A stretch of DNA of 64,000 nt, taken from NCBI GenBank assembly GCA_918797485.1, contig CAKKNE010000001.1, positions 5,704,001-5,768,000 on the forward strand, in the 5' to 3' direction. The translations under genes were made by a program, and so were the position numbers. This DNA comes from Pelagomonas calceolata. Taxonomy: Eukaryota. The notes under the pieces are model-generated. The model did no database searches. It was not told the DNA's origin and saw only the letters and a list, made by a program, of their open reading frames with translations. This document shows, piece by piece, positions 44,601-56,047 of the stretch; within the stretch, counting starts at the first letter, position 1, and each line of letters begins with the position of its first letter.

Positions 44601-47600
44601 GGAGAATCTCCAGTCGCAGTTCAAGTTCCTCGGGTGTGATTCTGTTGCCAGCGATATGTCTCGGTTCAAACATTTTTTGAGTCAGAGAGCTCAAAGTTTC
44701 GCGTTTCTTCGTCGAGTTCAAATCAGACATAGTAAGGAGCAGCGACTCATTAGAGCGGACCTCGAGGGCGGCACGCCGTCGTCCAAGCAGGACGATATCG
44801 ACGCGTGGACGCCAGCAATGCCAGATCCTATAGAAACTACTGATGGTTCGTCGTTGGAAGGGGCCCACGTGTTGGTGGGCCACGTCGATGGCGACGTCTG
44901 CCAGGACCCCCAGGCGGCGCCGACGTCGTTTAGACGGTTACGACTAGCGAAAGATCATGATAGGAAGGCGGGCGTCGTTTATGTGAAGGAAGCGCAACGC
45001 TTCGGGACGTCGCGGGAGGTGCCGGCGTCGGCCATGCACGTCGAGCCCGACGCGTCGTATGATGATTTGGGGGAGCGGCCTGCTGTCGGTGATTCGGTCC
45101 TGCGGTTCGTCGAAGGTGCTGAAAGGTACGAGCTATGCAGGGTGACCGCGGTGCACCCGGACCAGAAGGACCCGCTGGGGGTCGAAGATCCTAGCGACGT
45201 CACCATGAAGTTGGTCGACAGCGGCTACCGCTCGGGACAAACCCGCAAAGCTCGGTTCAAGGACTTGTCACCAAGACCTTCATTCGCGCGGTTATCCGAG
45301 AAATCTCAAGCAGTAGTAGGTGCGAGATGCCTCGCACGGTATCATAGGGACTGCGGCGCCTTCCGGAGCGGTGTTGTGAGAGAGATCGACGGCGATTCTA
45401 TCAGAGTGGCCTTCGACGGCGCGACTACTCTCAGATCCGTACCGGCCGATTTAGTGGAGGCACCTGTCAGGACGGGCTGTCTATGGACCGAGGGCGATCG
45501 AGTCTTAGCCCTGGTTCCCATCAACGACGACGAAGAAGAAGGCAGTGAAGACGCCCCGTGGTTTGTGGTCTGGGATGCGTTGGATCGGCAGGACTGGCGT
45601 AGAAAACGCATTGCGAAGGATTCGAAGCATTTCCATGCCTACGCGCGGCCTGTCACCGATGGTTCATACTCAAGAGATACGCATCCTACGTATGGTAATA
45701 GTATGTACGGTACGAAGTGGGTAGGTACGGAGGACGACGTGAGAAAATATCTCTCGGAAAATGATCCCAAGTTACTCAAACGTAATTCGTTGCTGAGGTG
45801 GGTGCCCGGCAAGGTCACGTCCTTCTCACCGGCGTACAAGACGTGGTCCGTGGAGTTGTTGGGTAGGGATTGTACCTGTAGAGGTGTTTCTGCCGATAGG
45901 ATTGTAGCTTTATCATCGGACAAGTCGCCGACGTTCTTCGCGTCGACTGGGTCGAGATTGTTGGAACTGCCGCCGAAGACCGAGAGACGTCTAGAGGTCG
46001 TCCCGAATGAGGAGGAAAAAGCGGCCTATACACGTCTAGAAGCCATCGCGCGACGACGCGCGGCGGAACTACTAAGAGGCCCGAAGCCCACGTCGAAGAT
46101 GCTCTCCCTACACGCTTTGATGTTACCACTGAGACAAGCTTGTTCCGGCGGCGCGATCCAGACCGACATCGCGCAAGCGGGCAAGGAAGAAGAGTCGGAG
46201 GACGTCAAACCGTCGGTAGATACGCGCTTAGGGGCTTCATTACTGACCTCGAAACTAACAGCTCTGGTCGAGGAGCTCAAGAAGATCTCGCAGAAGGATG
46301 AGGAAGAGGAAGCTATCGTACCTACTAAAGTACTGGTCTTCTCGCAGTTCGCCGATACTTTAGCGTGGCTACGAGCCGAGTTGCCGAAGCACGGCATGGC
46401 CTCGCGGACCATTACTGGGGATATGTCTCAGACGGCAAGGGCGAGAGCTCTGCGCGACTTCCGGAACGATCCTCCGACAACCATCTTCTTACTGTCGTTA
46501 CGAGCTGGTGCTGTTGGATTGAACTTAACGACAGCTTCCGAGGTCTTCGTGCTGGAACCTTGTCTCAACCCGGCGCTGCACGTGCAAGCGATCGGCCGCG
46601 TGCATCGCATGGGGCAGACGCGCCCCGTGCGCGTCACGAACTTCATCCTCAAGGACTCCATCGAAGCTCGCGTGATGACCATGCTCTACTCGTCGGGTGG
46701 TGCGCCGAAGCCCGGTGCCGATCAAGCCACTGCGATCGATATTGATGACGACGGTCCTGCGGTCGTGGCCGGCACCATCCAACGGGACACGCCTCGACTA
46801 TCTTTATCCGATTTCAATACCTTATTTGATTTGTCCGATGCCAAGACGACGGCGGATTTAATACAGGACGTCACGACAACTCGAGCAGCCCATGTCAAGG
46901 TCAAGACCGCGGAGGATTTGAAAAGGGGCGGGCCACCTGTATTAAGGCCACCGGCGGCGCCCAAATTACCTCCGGCCTCGAGGAAGAAGAAGGCTCCAGC
47001 CAAAGCTACTGACGAGGACGAGTGGGATGAGGAGGACGCCGTTGATGTCGACGCGCCGCCCCCGAAGCGCCGGGCGGGCCTGCGGGCGTCGGCGCGGACG
47101 CGCAAGGCCGTCGTCGACCTCCCGTCCGATCCTGAAGACGATCCGGACGAGTCTGACTCTGACTCGGACCCTTCCGAGGTTGCGAAGTTAAGGGCGGAGG
47201 TCGCGCGGCTCGAGGCCATAAACAAGAAGCTGAACGCCAAGGCGCCGGCGCCGATGGATGTGGGCCAGGCGGCCCCGGCGCCCGGCCAGGCGATGGATTT
47301 CTCGTTCCTCAATCTCCCCGCGGCCCCAGCGCCCGCGCCCGCGCCCGCCGCGCCGATGATCGTACGCATCAAGCGACCGCCGCCGCGCAAGCCGGCCGCC
47401 AAGCCGGCCGCGGCGCCGGCGACGCGCAAGCCGGCCAAGCCCGCCGCGGCGCCGGCGACGCAGAAGAAGCGCAAGGGCCGCGCGGCGTCGCCCGCCAACG
47501 GCACGCCGGCCGCGCCGCCGGCGAAGCGGGCGCACGTCGCCGCGACCGAGGAGAAGGCGGCGTTCGGGGCCTTGGTCGGTCGCAAGGTGAACAAGAAGTT

Positions 47601-47733
47601 TCCCGGTTCTGGGTACTACGACGGCGTCGTCGACAGCATAGATGCGTCGAAGCCCGCGACGTACGTCATCGTCTGGGAGGACGGCATGACGACGAAGATG
47701 AAGGACACGGCCGTCCAGAAGATCCTCAAATAA
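41697..47733 (+). CDS. Rad5/Rad16-like SNF2 ATPase with an N-terminal Cys/His-rich domain and Tudor-like inserts (intron 44087-44249)
   Basis: LRDYQ, GGILAEEMGLGKT, TLVVCP-SLVSQW, RIILDESH, RWCVSGTP, KVLVFSQF, GLNLT and QAIGRVHRMGQ. A GT-AG intron joins the two ORFs (QW-YDE). Confidence 0.92.
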
Positions 47734-48041
47734 GCGCGTGGGAATCGCACATAAGCAAGTTCGTGTATTTAGTTCTCTCGTCTATCGCGGAACAACCTCG
47801 CCAGTAGATTGCCAGTGGGCATCTCCAGTGATCTTCTCCAGCGGGCGCGACGCGCGAGAAGGCCACTCGCGAGTTGGTGTTTGCTCCGAGATGCCTCGAT
47901 CCGTTCGGAAGGCTCTTGAGGCATGGCTGTACGAGTCATGCAAGACGGAGGGCTCCGGAGACCCGCGCGCCCAGCAAGTTTCCTGATCAGCTGAGATCGC
48001 AGCACAGAAGGAGTTGAGTTGAGGCGCAAAGACGCTGCCCG

Positions 48042-49022
48042 ATGTTCACGATGTTCACGATAAGGCCAGTCGCTGCAGCCCGTGTGGCGCGACAGTGCAG
48101 CCTTATGCGCCGCACCTTGACGAGAGCGCCGATGAGTATGATGGAGTACGATGGGCAGCGCCAGGTGCGGCGAGGCGGCACCCTCACGGCCGCCCAGGTG
48201 CACGACTTCGTGCCGATGGGCTGGCCGTCGGGCGTTCACGACTTCTCGTCGGTACGAGCGACGTGCTCGTCGGACGCGGCTGTCACGACGGGCTCGGCGG
48301 GCTGGCCGCCGGGGCTTTTTGTGTTCGAGAACTTTGGCGCGCCGACGCCAGAGACGGCGAAAGGAGTCGTGAACGGCGCGCGCGCGCTCATCGACGCGGT
48401 CAACGCGGCGGCGAGTGGCGGTGGTGAGGGGCGCGTCGCGGACATTCCGCAGCCGCTCGAGGGCCGCATCTCGCGGGCGCACAACTTGCAACGAGAACGG
48501 ATGTTCGTGCCGCTTAAGGTCACGGACCCAGTCAACAGTTCAGAAAGACGCTGCGAGCACTTTGCGGAATACGGCTCGGCGGCCCACGCGCTGAGCTACT
48601 TCCGGGGCAACGAAAATATTCCCGCTGTGTGTGAGCCGATACTATCAGCCCTACTCAAGGAGGAGGCCGTGACGTCGCTCGGCGAGAATTTGCATTGGAA
48701 ATTGACGCTAAACGACTACAAGGCCTCCACGGAAGACGCCCTGGCGGAGGCGGGCGGCGCGCTCTTTCCGTGGCATACCGATTTAGCGGCGAACGGCGAG
48801 ATCACGGCCATCTCGACGCTTCTGGCGCCGGCGATCATGGAGTTCGCGCCCCACGCGGACGCTCCTGGCGCCCCAACGCGTATCGTCGCGAAGCCTGGAA
48901 CTCTGGTGTTGTTGTCGGGAGACGCGCGGTGGAAGTGGGTCCACCGCGCGATGCCCCACCCCGACGCCGCGGGCAAGGCGCGGATCTCTCTCGTATTGGG
49001 GTGCGCGGCGTCGGCGTTCTGA
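48042..49022 (+). CDS. AlkB-like 2-oxoglutarate-Fe(II) dioxygenase
   Basis: LNDY, WHTD, GTLVLLSGDARWKWVH and RISL motifs. Confidence 0.8.
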   Translation: MFTMFTIRPVAAARVARQCSLMRRTLTRAPMSMMEYDGQRQVRRGGTLTAAQVHDFVPMGWPSGVHDFSSVRATCSSDAAVTTGSAGWPPGLFVFENFGAPTPETAKGVVNGARALIDAVNAAASGGGEGRVADIPQPLEGRISRAHNLQRERMFVPLKVTDPVNSSERRCEHFAEYGSAAHALSYFRGNENIPAVCEPILSALLKEEAVTSLGENLHWKLTLNDYKASTEDALAEAGGALFPWHTDLAANGEITAISTLLAPAIMEFAPHADAPGAPTRIVAKPGTLVLLSGDARWKWVHRAMPHPDAAGKARISLVLGCAASAF

Positions 49023-49449
49023 CTCTGTGCGGTCTTTCCCTAGTTTCCCCTTATCTGGATGTGCGCATTTCAAGTCGTATCGCCTCGCGCATAGCCTTCT
49101 TTAATATTTCCTTTCATTAGATCTAGGCCGCCCAGCCGCCGCGACGCGGGGTCTGCGTAATTTACCAAGCGGAACATCACTTTAAGTGAAACTAGGTGTG
49201 TTTGCTGGCTAATGATGGTTCCGTGTATGCGTGCATGCCTGCGCGACGCGCGCACCCCGCAACATCGCAGCGCCAAGCTCTCCGGCGGCATTCAGCCACG
49301 GCGCGCACACTCTAGACGAGGAGGGCTGCACTGATCGCACGCACGCGTGGACGACATCCCTCGGCGCGCGGAGCGGCTGCCGCCCGGACGCCAGCGGCAA
49401 GCCACAGCTCACGAGCTTGGGGCAGCGCCCATCACGCCATCGACGCGAC

Positions 49450-50202
49450 ATGGGCAAGATCAAGCGCGCCAAGACGCCCGACGGCCCGCGCGAGCAGAGC
49501 CCCGTCGCCAAGGCTGCTGCTGTGTCCGCGCTGCGAGAAACACTAAGAATATCGGAGGCGGCCAACGCGAGTGAAAGGAGAGAAAGCGCGAGACGGTTAT
49601 CCCAGCAAGCGCACCGCTTTGCTACTTCCGAGGACGGTCTGGGCATTGAGAGGGTACAAATCGAGGCCGACGTGAGGGTCCGACGAGTGCTCAACGCCCT
49701 TCGTGATAAAGACGACCAACTCGCGACGGCGCACCGAAGAATAGAAGACCTCGAGAACCAGCTCGATTTGTCCAGAGAGGAGTGCGCCAAGTTGAAAGAG
49801 CGGTGCCTCGGGCTGGAGGACTCTCTACAAGCGAAGAAGCAGGAACTAAGTCATTCGGAGGCCGTTTCCACCCAACGGAAAATGGAGGGCGCGCGCATCA
49901 AGGGGTTGCTGGCGGACTGTAGGTTTGACCTGGACCTGTTGGGTAGCAAATATGAAAGATTATTGGACGAGCGCGCGACCATTGGATTATCTCGCGAATT
50001 AGTCGACGCCGCGCGCCGGGACATGGGCGGCTCGTTCCAGGACGACGGGTCCGCCGCCTCGTCCGCCAAGTCCTTCGACGTCGTCTCTCGGCTGCAGGCC
50101 GGCGTGAAGGCGTCGAAGGCCGCGGACGCGGATTCGCAGAACGAGATCCTCGTCGAGGAGCCGCCCAAATTTGCGGCGAACGAGTCGGACTCGGACGACT
50201 AA
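49450..50202 (+). CDS. Hypothetical coiled-coil protein
   Basis: Heptad-rich E/K/L/R ORF from ATG 49450. Confidence 0.7.
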   Translation: MGKIKRAKTPDGPREQSPVAKAAAVSALRETLRISEAANASERRESARRLSQQAHRFATSEDGLGIERVQIEADVRVRRVLNALRDKDDQLATAHRRIEDLENQLDLSREECAKLKERCLGLEDSLQAKKQELSHSEAVSTQRKMEGARIKGLLADCRFDLDLLGSKYERLLDERATIGLSRELVDAARRDMGGSFQDDGSAASSAKSFDVVSRLQAGVKASKAADADSQNEILVEEPPKFAANESDSDD

Positions 50203-50282
50203 GTTTTTTCTGTAGTTTGCCTGTTATTGATCTGTTACGGTGCCAGGACTGGTCGGCGGAGCACGGAGTGCGTTTCCCTGCC

Positions 50283-50307
50283 GCTAGTGTCTTTACAGGC
50301 CGCTAGC
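50283..50307. promoter_or_regulatory. Recurrent intergenic motif copy (1-bp insertion)
   Basis: gctagtgtctttac-aggc-cgctagc about 150 bp upstream of PMVK. Confidence 0.5.
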
Positions 50308-50455
50308 TCGACCGGCGCGCGTTTTACACGACGCTGTGGTGCGCTAGACCACAGTTACAACCTTCTAGAGGCAGTCAGCATCGGTGCGCAGCCACCTTTC
50401 CACGCCGACGACGCGTGCGCCAATTTCAAGGCCTACACAAGCATTGTAAGGCAGG

Positions 50456-51109
50456 ATGGCAGCCCTGCAGCCGCCGCCGCGCGTGCCCCACACGCACATA
50501 GATCGAAACCCAGTACAATTAGCCATAATCTTCGCGGGCAAGCGCAAGTCGGGCAAGGACTACTGCAGCGACCGGCTCCTCGCGTTGATCGGAGACGAGG
50601 TCGCCGAGATCGGGCGGCTGTCCGGCCCGCTGAAAAAAGCGTATGCCGAGGAGCACGACCTAGATTATGCGGAATTACTGACGGCCTCGGCATATAAAGA
50701 GCAGCACCGCGCGCGCATGATCACGTGGGGGGAAGAAAGACGAAACGCCGACGCCGGTTTTTTCGCGAGAAAGGTGCTCGCAGCAGCTTCACGACCAATT
50801 CTGATCATCTCCGACGCGCGGCGGCCGGGCGACATCGCCTTCTTTAAAGATAATGTGCCGAAGGTCGTCACGGTGCGCGTCGAGGCTTCACAAGAAACAC
50901 GGAAAGCGCGGGGCTGGGTCTTTTCTACAGGAGTCGACGACGCCGAGTCCGAGTGCGGCCTGGACGCTTATGGGAAGTGGGATATCATTATAAAAAACGA
51001 CGACGGCGCGGACCTGCACGAGCATCTGGCACTGCTCACAAAAAAAGCGGCGGACGCGCTCGCGACCCAGGCGGATAGTATGAGAGCGAAGATGCATAAG
51101 CCTACTTAA
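50456..51109 (+). CDS. PMVK: Phosphomevalonate kinase, animal (NMP-kinase fold) type
   Basis: FAGKRKSGKDY, LSGPLK, YKEQHR..MITWGEE, ISDARR and RGWVF..GVDDAESECGLD. Confidence 0.93.
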   Translation: MAALQPPPRVPHTHIDRNPVQLAIIFAGKRKSGKDYCSDRLLALIGDEVAEIGRLSGPLKKAYAEEHDLDYAELLTASAYKEQHRARMITWGEERRNADAGFFARKVLAAASRPILIISDARRPGDIAFFKDNVPKVVTVRVEASQETRKARGWVFSTGVDDAESECGLDAYGKWDIIIKNDDGADLHEHLALLTKKAADALATQADSMRAKMHKPT

Positions 51110-52133
51110 CTAGCCGCCGGAGCGAGACCGCAGGGTCCTCGCTCGTCTGCACCCTAGATCGCCCGCCCCACGTCGGCGGTTGTGGCACGTCAACATTCAT
51201 TAGCTTCGCGACCTTCCGCAAATTGAACTGGCGCACCGCTTTCAACACCTCGCGCGCTTTCCGGACCTCCTCCCCATTACTCATCTCATCAATCTCCGCC
51301 GCAGATTTGTTTTCGTTCCGTATCGCGAGTCGAACCACATTGGCGACGTTCGTCATCTCGCAGTGCACGCCCAGATGCTCCTTGAGGCCCTTGGACGTCT
51401 GTTTCGCGAGGTTGAACACGAGCTTCTCCCCTAAAACCTCCTCATCTTTTTTGTTCTCCATCCTAGTTTCTCTGAGAGCATCTTCTAAGAACGGCTTGTC
51501 GAGCTCCCTCATCCTAACAGTACCAGCAGATGGATTGGTCTCCACCGGCCACACTACACTGGTAACTACTTCCGTGATCTGTTGCGACATGTGCATGACA
51601 CTCGACCCATGTTCGAGGAACGCTTCGAATTCGGACGTTTCAATGCTCCCATTCCCCGAGTAGTCGATCGCTTGGAAGACGCCCTTGATCATATCATTGC
51701 TCAATTCGCCGGGCGGTATCCGTAAAGTCACTCTGACCAGTTTTTTGAGCTCGTCGAGCTCCATCGTGCCGCTCGCGTCCTTGTCGGCGACATCGAACAA
51801 ATCGCCCCGGTCAGGGTCACATCTTCTATTGGTCGCTTCGACCAATTTCTCGTGCACGGCGTCCATCACTTCCGGAGGCATCTTCTTCCGGGGATTCCTT
51901 GCTTTCTTTTTTTTCTTCTTGATGGTCTCCGTCCACTGCTCCGGCAGGGGTTCTCCCAGAGCTGGCGTTCCATCCGCGAAGCAATCGAGCTTCCCGGGCG
52001 GCTCGTAGCCGTTCCCGAGTCGCGGCAGGGGCGGGCGTTCTCGCGCCGTTACTCCTGTCGAGTACGTCTGCGGTAGACTCGTCCTCGTGGCGGTGTTGCT
52101 GGCCCCTGAGCGGGCCGTCGCGGGGGCGCTCAT
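51102..52133 (-). CDS. EF-hand pair protein
   Basis: Canonical loops DKDASGTMELDE and DYSGNGSIETSE. Confidence 0.8.
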   Translation of the reverse strand: MSAPATARSGASNTATRTSLPQTYSTGVTARERPPLPRLGNGYEPPGKLDCFADGTPALGEPLPEQWTETIKKKKKKARNPRKKMPPEVMDAVHEKLVEATNRRCDPDRGDLFDVADKDASGTMELDELKKLVRVTLRIPPGELSNDMIKGVFQAIDYSGNGSIETSEFEAFLEHGSSVMHMSQQITEVVTSVVWPVETNPSAGTVRMRELDKPFLEDALRETRMENKKDEEVLGEKLVFNLAKQTSKGLKEHLGVHCEMTNVANVVRLAIRNENKSAAEIDEMSNGEEVRKAREVLKAVRQFNLRKVAKLMNVDVPQPPTWGGRSRVQTSEDPAVSLRRLVK

Positions 52134-52485
52134 TTTTGGTCCTTGCTGCTCGCGGCGGCAGGCGTTCGCTGCCCGAGTCCGCGGTCCGTGTTCGCTGCCG
52201 TAAGCGGCTGGAGGCTCGTGTTGGGCTGCCCCTCCCGCGCGCTGTGAGATGCCGCTGCGCTGTCCAAGCTGGCCCCGGAATAGGGTCGCCGAGGAATTAT
52301 TTCCGTGCGAAGGAACAAATGCCACGCGAGGGCTGCCGTAAGCTGCAGGCTCGTTTTGGGCTGCCTCTCTCCGCGCTGTGTGAGAGGCTGAGGCCGCGCT
52401 GCGCCCTGGAAGTTGGTCGCCGAAGAGTCGTCGTCCGTCCGCGCGGATGCATGTCGCGAAGGGTGGTGGCTCATGGATGCGAAAC

Positions 52486-52504
52486 CTAGCGGTAAGACAC
52501 TAGC
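52486..52504. promoter_or_regulatory. Recurrent intergenic motif copy (reverse orientation)
   Basis: ctagcg-gtaagacactagc between the divergent EF-hand and fucosyltransferase genes. Confidence 0.55.
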
Positions 52505-52618
52505 TGTGCAGCCAAGCTTGCGGGCTAAAACATGCAGACACGCTTCGAGGCGTGCACACACATGGCTACGTAAGCCCTGAGACGCGCCTGCGAACAGCGC
52601 GCAAGCTGTACGCCATCG

Positions 52619-54001
52619 ATGCGGCTCAGCACAATAGCACTACTGCTGCTGGCACAGGCTGCCACAGCCACACCGGTCGACGACGTCGACGCGATGCTTC
52701 GCACCTACGTAAGGCAGCACTCGTCAACGTCGCTGGCAGACATCAACACGTGCGACAGGCGTTTCGTGGCCGCGGACTTCTGGGGCAAGGGACTGGGCAA
52801 CTCCGTGAACGTCGCCTTAAACGCGCTGGCGTTCGCCGTCGCAAGTAACCGCACGCTACTCATCTCGGACGACGCGCGCTTCCGGGCGGGCTTCTGGAAG
52901 TATCTTGGGGATGTCGAACGGCGGTGGGCGCTGAAGAGCCAAATACGAAGGTGCGGGCCGGAGGTCGTGCAGGATTTCTTCCCCATGAACCGGCGGTGCC
53001 TCGAGGAGAAGACGTGCGGTAGTGGTATAAAGTGGATGCTCTGCGACGGCCGCGCGCTGTCGCACAGCGACGCGCACATCGTACACATCCGGTCGGCGGT
53101 CACGTGGTTGGCGCCTTTGTTAGGTGAGAATAGCGCCTTGGATCCGTATATACGCCGGCGCCTTCGTATACTCTTTCCAAAGGGCGTGAACACCTGGGGC
53201 AAGCTCTACGCTACTTTACTGGACCCGCAGCCCGAGGACGCGCCGACCGGTGCATAAATCAAATTGTCGTGGCATCGTGGCCCGCACGCCATCGACGCGT
53301 GGTGGCAACACTGTTTGATTTGCCCACAGGCGCCGACGCATCCCCTCCATGATCTAGTAAGGGAGCACTCGGCGCAAGACTTCGACCTCGGCTTGCACGT
53401 GCGACACCGGCGGTCCCAGCCCCTGGACTTCGTGGACCGGCACGCGGCTAACTGTGCTGCTAAAGCTCTATCGGGCGTCGCGGATCCAGTAATCTTCGTG
53501 GCCACGGACCGGCCGTCGCGGCTCCGCGGGCTCTTTACGAAAGTGGAGGAGGCGCTCGGGCGGCGCTGCTCATTTAAATTCCTGAACGCGTCGCAACTTT
53601 CGCCCGACGTGCGCCTCCGGCTCCATAGTATCGCGCGGACGGACGAGCGCGCGGTGCAGATGGGCCGCGACTGGGGCGAGCACGCGCACGAGCGCTGGGC
53701 GGCGGCCGCGGACTTTCTGTTGGTGTCTCGTAGTAGGCGCGTCGTGGGGACGCTGAGCTCGTCCTATTCCGAGCTCGCGGCGGCGGCGCGCGGCCCGTCG
53801 GAGGCGTGGCTCTTCGACCCGATCTTCCAGCTGAAGGGGCGGAGGCGCGCGCGCTACAACTGGCCGCGGAGCGACGAGTACCTCGGTCAGGTTTCTTCCT
53901 GCTTCCGATCCGACGCGACCTGGCCGCTGCCGCAATATGTGCGGCTGCGGCCGGGGCATGCGCGGGCGTGGGTGCGCGGCGGCGGGGCTTGCGGAGTGTA
54001 G
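52619..54001 (+). CDS. Fucosyltransferase-like glycosyltransferase (GT37/GT23-like; intron 53240-53329)
   Basis: Signal peptide, GLGNS...ASNRTL, LGLHVR, IFVATD and ADFLLVS...GTLSSSYS. Confidence 0.8.
53248..53329 (+). mobile_element. Introner element 6, variant TIR family (intron 53240-53329, GC-AG)
   Basis: cggtgcataaatcaaa...tttgatttgcccacag; perfect TSD gcgccgac. Splicing removes an in-frame TAA. Confidence 0.88.
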
Positions 54002-54078
54002 TTGTGCGGAGTAATGTGTTCGTGATAGACAGGATACCTTTTTATAGCCCTAGGCGCGGAGCCCGACGCGAGGCCTGG

Positions 54079-55767
54079 TTATTTCTGTAGGGGCGTCTGT
54101 TTGCGCTTTAGCGCGCACCAGGCGTCCCTCATCTTCCCAATGAGCTCTTGGTCGGAGAGCCCGGGGTATTTCGTACTGTACACCTTCCAGTGGCGTAGCG
54201 ACCACTCTTTGAACTCACGCCACTCCCCCTCCGCGCGGCCAACTCGTTTTTGCATGAGATCAAGATCGCTGCGATTCCGGCAAGTGTCGGGATGCATCGG
54301 GCCCAGAGTTCGTGTATTTATTCGAAGAACATCCTCCATGATCGTAACAGCCTTGCGAGCCTCGTATATATTGCTCGTTTCATCGAACAAGACTGCTTTA
54401 GCAAACATTTCGCGGAGGTCGAGAGCTAGAGCGGAATCCTCCCCCAAAATGCTGAAAACTCGGGGCATTAACTCCTGCGCAAAGGATTTTGCCTCCTGTG
54501 CTGCTTCGACAGTTTTACACGATATTAGCACGCCTACGATGGTAACTCCAGATTGCAAGGTGCACTTATTGTTGCGCCCGAAAATAGTCTGAGACTTGGC
54601 GTAAATGCTTCGATGCATTTTTAGCGCCGCCTGAAGCTGCCCGAGCTGTTTATAGCAACCGGCGATATTATACATGTCCTGCACGATGCAGCCTTCTGGC
54701 GCCCCAAACTGCAGGCCCATGGACAGGTGAGCCTGGTGCACGCGAATTGCTTCGCTTGGGTCCCTTAGGCTGGTTGCTAGAACCGTCATCGCATTCACCC
54801 GAGAGTTACAGTCCTCCGGCTGGCCCGCGTATGTTTTCCAACAGCCCCACCCGAGCGCGCACATCACAGGGCCACGGTAATTTTGCTTGCACAGACTACA
54901 ATTGCTCCATCGCCCCCACCTCAATTCCGAATTAATTGCCTCGGCGTCCAAATTATTCTCCTCGGCCTCCGCGACCAAAACTTTCGCCTGCTCGACCAGA
55001 CATGACACGTGCGCGAAGCCCGCCGTCCCACGGCACGCACACATGCGCACGAGGCCCTCCTTTGTTTTCCAGTGGAGCGCCTGCGTGCAGACGTAGCACG
55101 TCTGGCCCTTCGTGTCGTCGGCGCACGCCTCGACCGCGACCGCGACGGCCTCCTTGTATTTTTTGTCTGCATTATACTGTTCAGCGTTGCCGCCGCGGTG
55201 TATTTTCTTACACAACTGCTTGTGGCCGCGGCGCCAGTGATCGTGCTGGCATGTCGAGTCACAATATCTCACTTTGCATCGTACGTAGGCGTCGGCGTCG
55301 TCGTCCGTCGTGCCTTCCGGGAGCTCGTAGGGCTCCATCTTCTCCGGGGGGAGGGCGTCGAACTGCTCCTGGAACTTGGCGACCTTGGCCGTGTACCTAG
55401 ACGACGTCGCGTCGATGGCGTCGCATCGATGGCGTCTCGTCGATGGCGTCGCGTCGATGGCGTGGACTCTGTGGTGGAGGTTTCTGAGACGCCGGACGGC
55501 ACTTCGTGATATCCTCCTCGTTGCCGGCGGATTTGGCCCGCTCTAGCTTGCCCGTGAACTTCTCGATCTTGCCCTTCAGGAAGTCGCGCGGGACTTCCTT
55601 CCTGCGAGGCGCGCGGAGCTCGCGTCGACGGCGTTTTGCGCGACGTACTGTCGACGGCGTTGCGAGACGTGTTGTTGGCAGCCGCTGGTTGTTGACAGCC
55701 GCTGGCGTGCGCGACACGAGAGCGCGATAGTAGACGCCGGCCCGCGCTCCTCGTCGCTGTCGCTCAT
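54079..55767 (-). CDS. zf-MYND/RINGv/TPR-like family member with a foreign N-terminus (predicted introns 55602-55735 and 55397-55502)
   Basis: RCKVRYCDSTCQHDHWRRGHK and CYVC...CACRGTAGFAHVSCL...CSLC. Upstream exons splice in frame by GT-AG. Confidence 0.75.
55400..55463. repeat. Tandem ~14-bp repeats (tcgcgtcgatggcg) x4 inside an intron
   Basis: gtcgcgtcgatggcgtcgcatcgatggcgtctcgtcgatggcgtcgcgtcgatggcgt seen directly. Confidence 0.85.
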
Positions 55768-56023
55768 CGACCCCAGCGAGCTGAAAAATCTGCGAGGGGA
55801 GTCAAATAAAGGACAAACCAGGACCATTCATGGTCGTCGCGCGCGATCGGCGCTCAAAACCAATGAGTGGCCAAACCAGCTCTCACTGAGTGATTTCTTA
55901 CGGCGCCGCGTCACGCTTATTGGAGTAGTCAATCTTGTTCGTCATCTTTGATCAACCTATCGCGGTGACGGCTCACGGTATTTGCTTAGTCTACTGCTTG
56001 TTTTTCGATGCTGGGAATTCCTT

Positions 56024-56047
56024 GCTAGCGTAATGTAAGACACTAGC
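56024..56047. promoter_or_regulatory. Recurrent intergenic motif copy (reverse orientation)
   Basis: gctagcg-taat-gtaagacactagc between divergent genes, flanked by cttg/caag. Confidence 0.55.

Noticed and set aside
55400..55463. CRISPR-like array
   Set aside because: The units are ~14-bp tandem repeats without unique spacers, inside an intron of a eukaryotic gene, and there are no cas genes.
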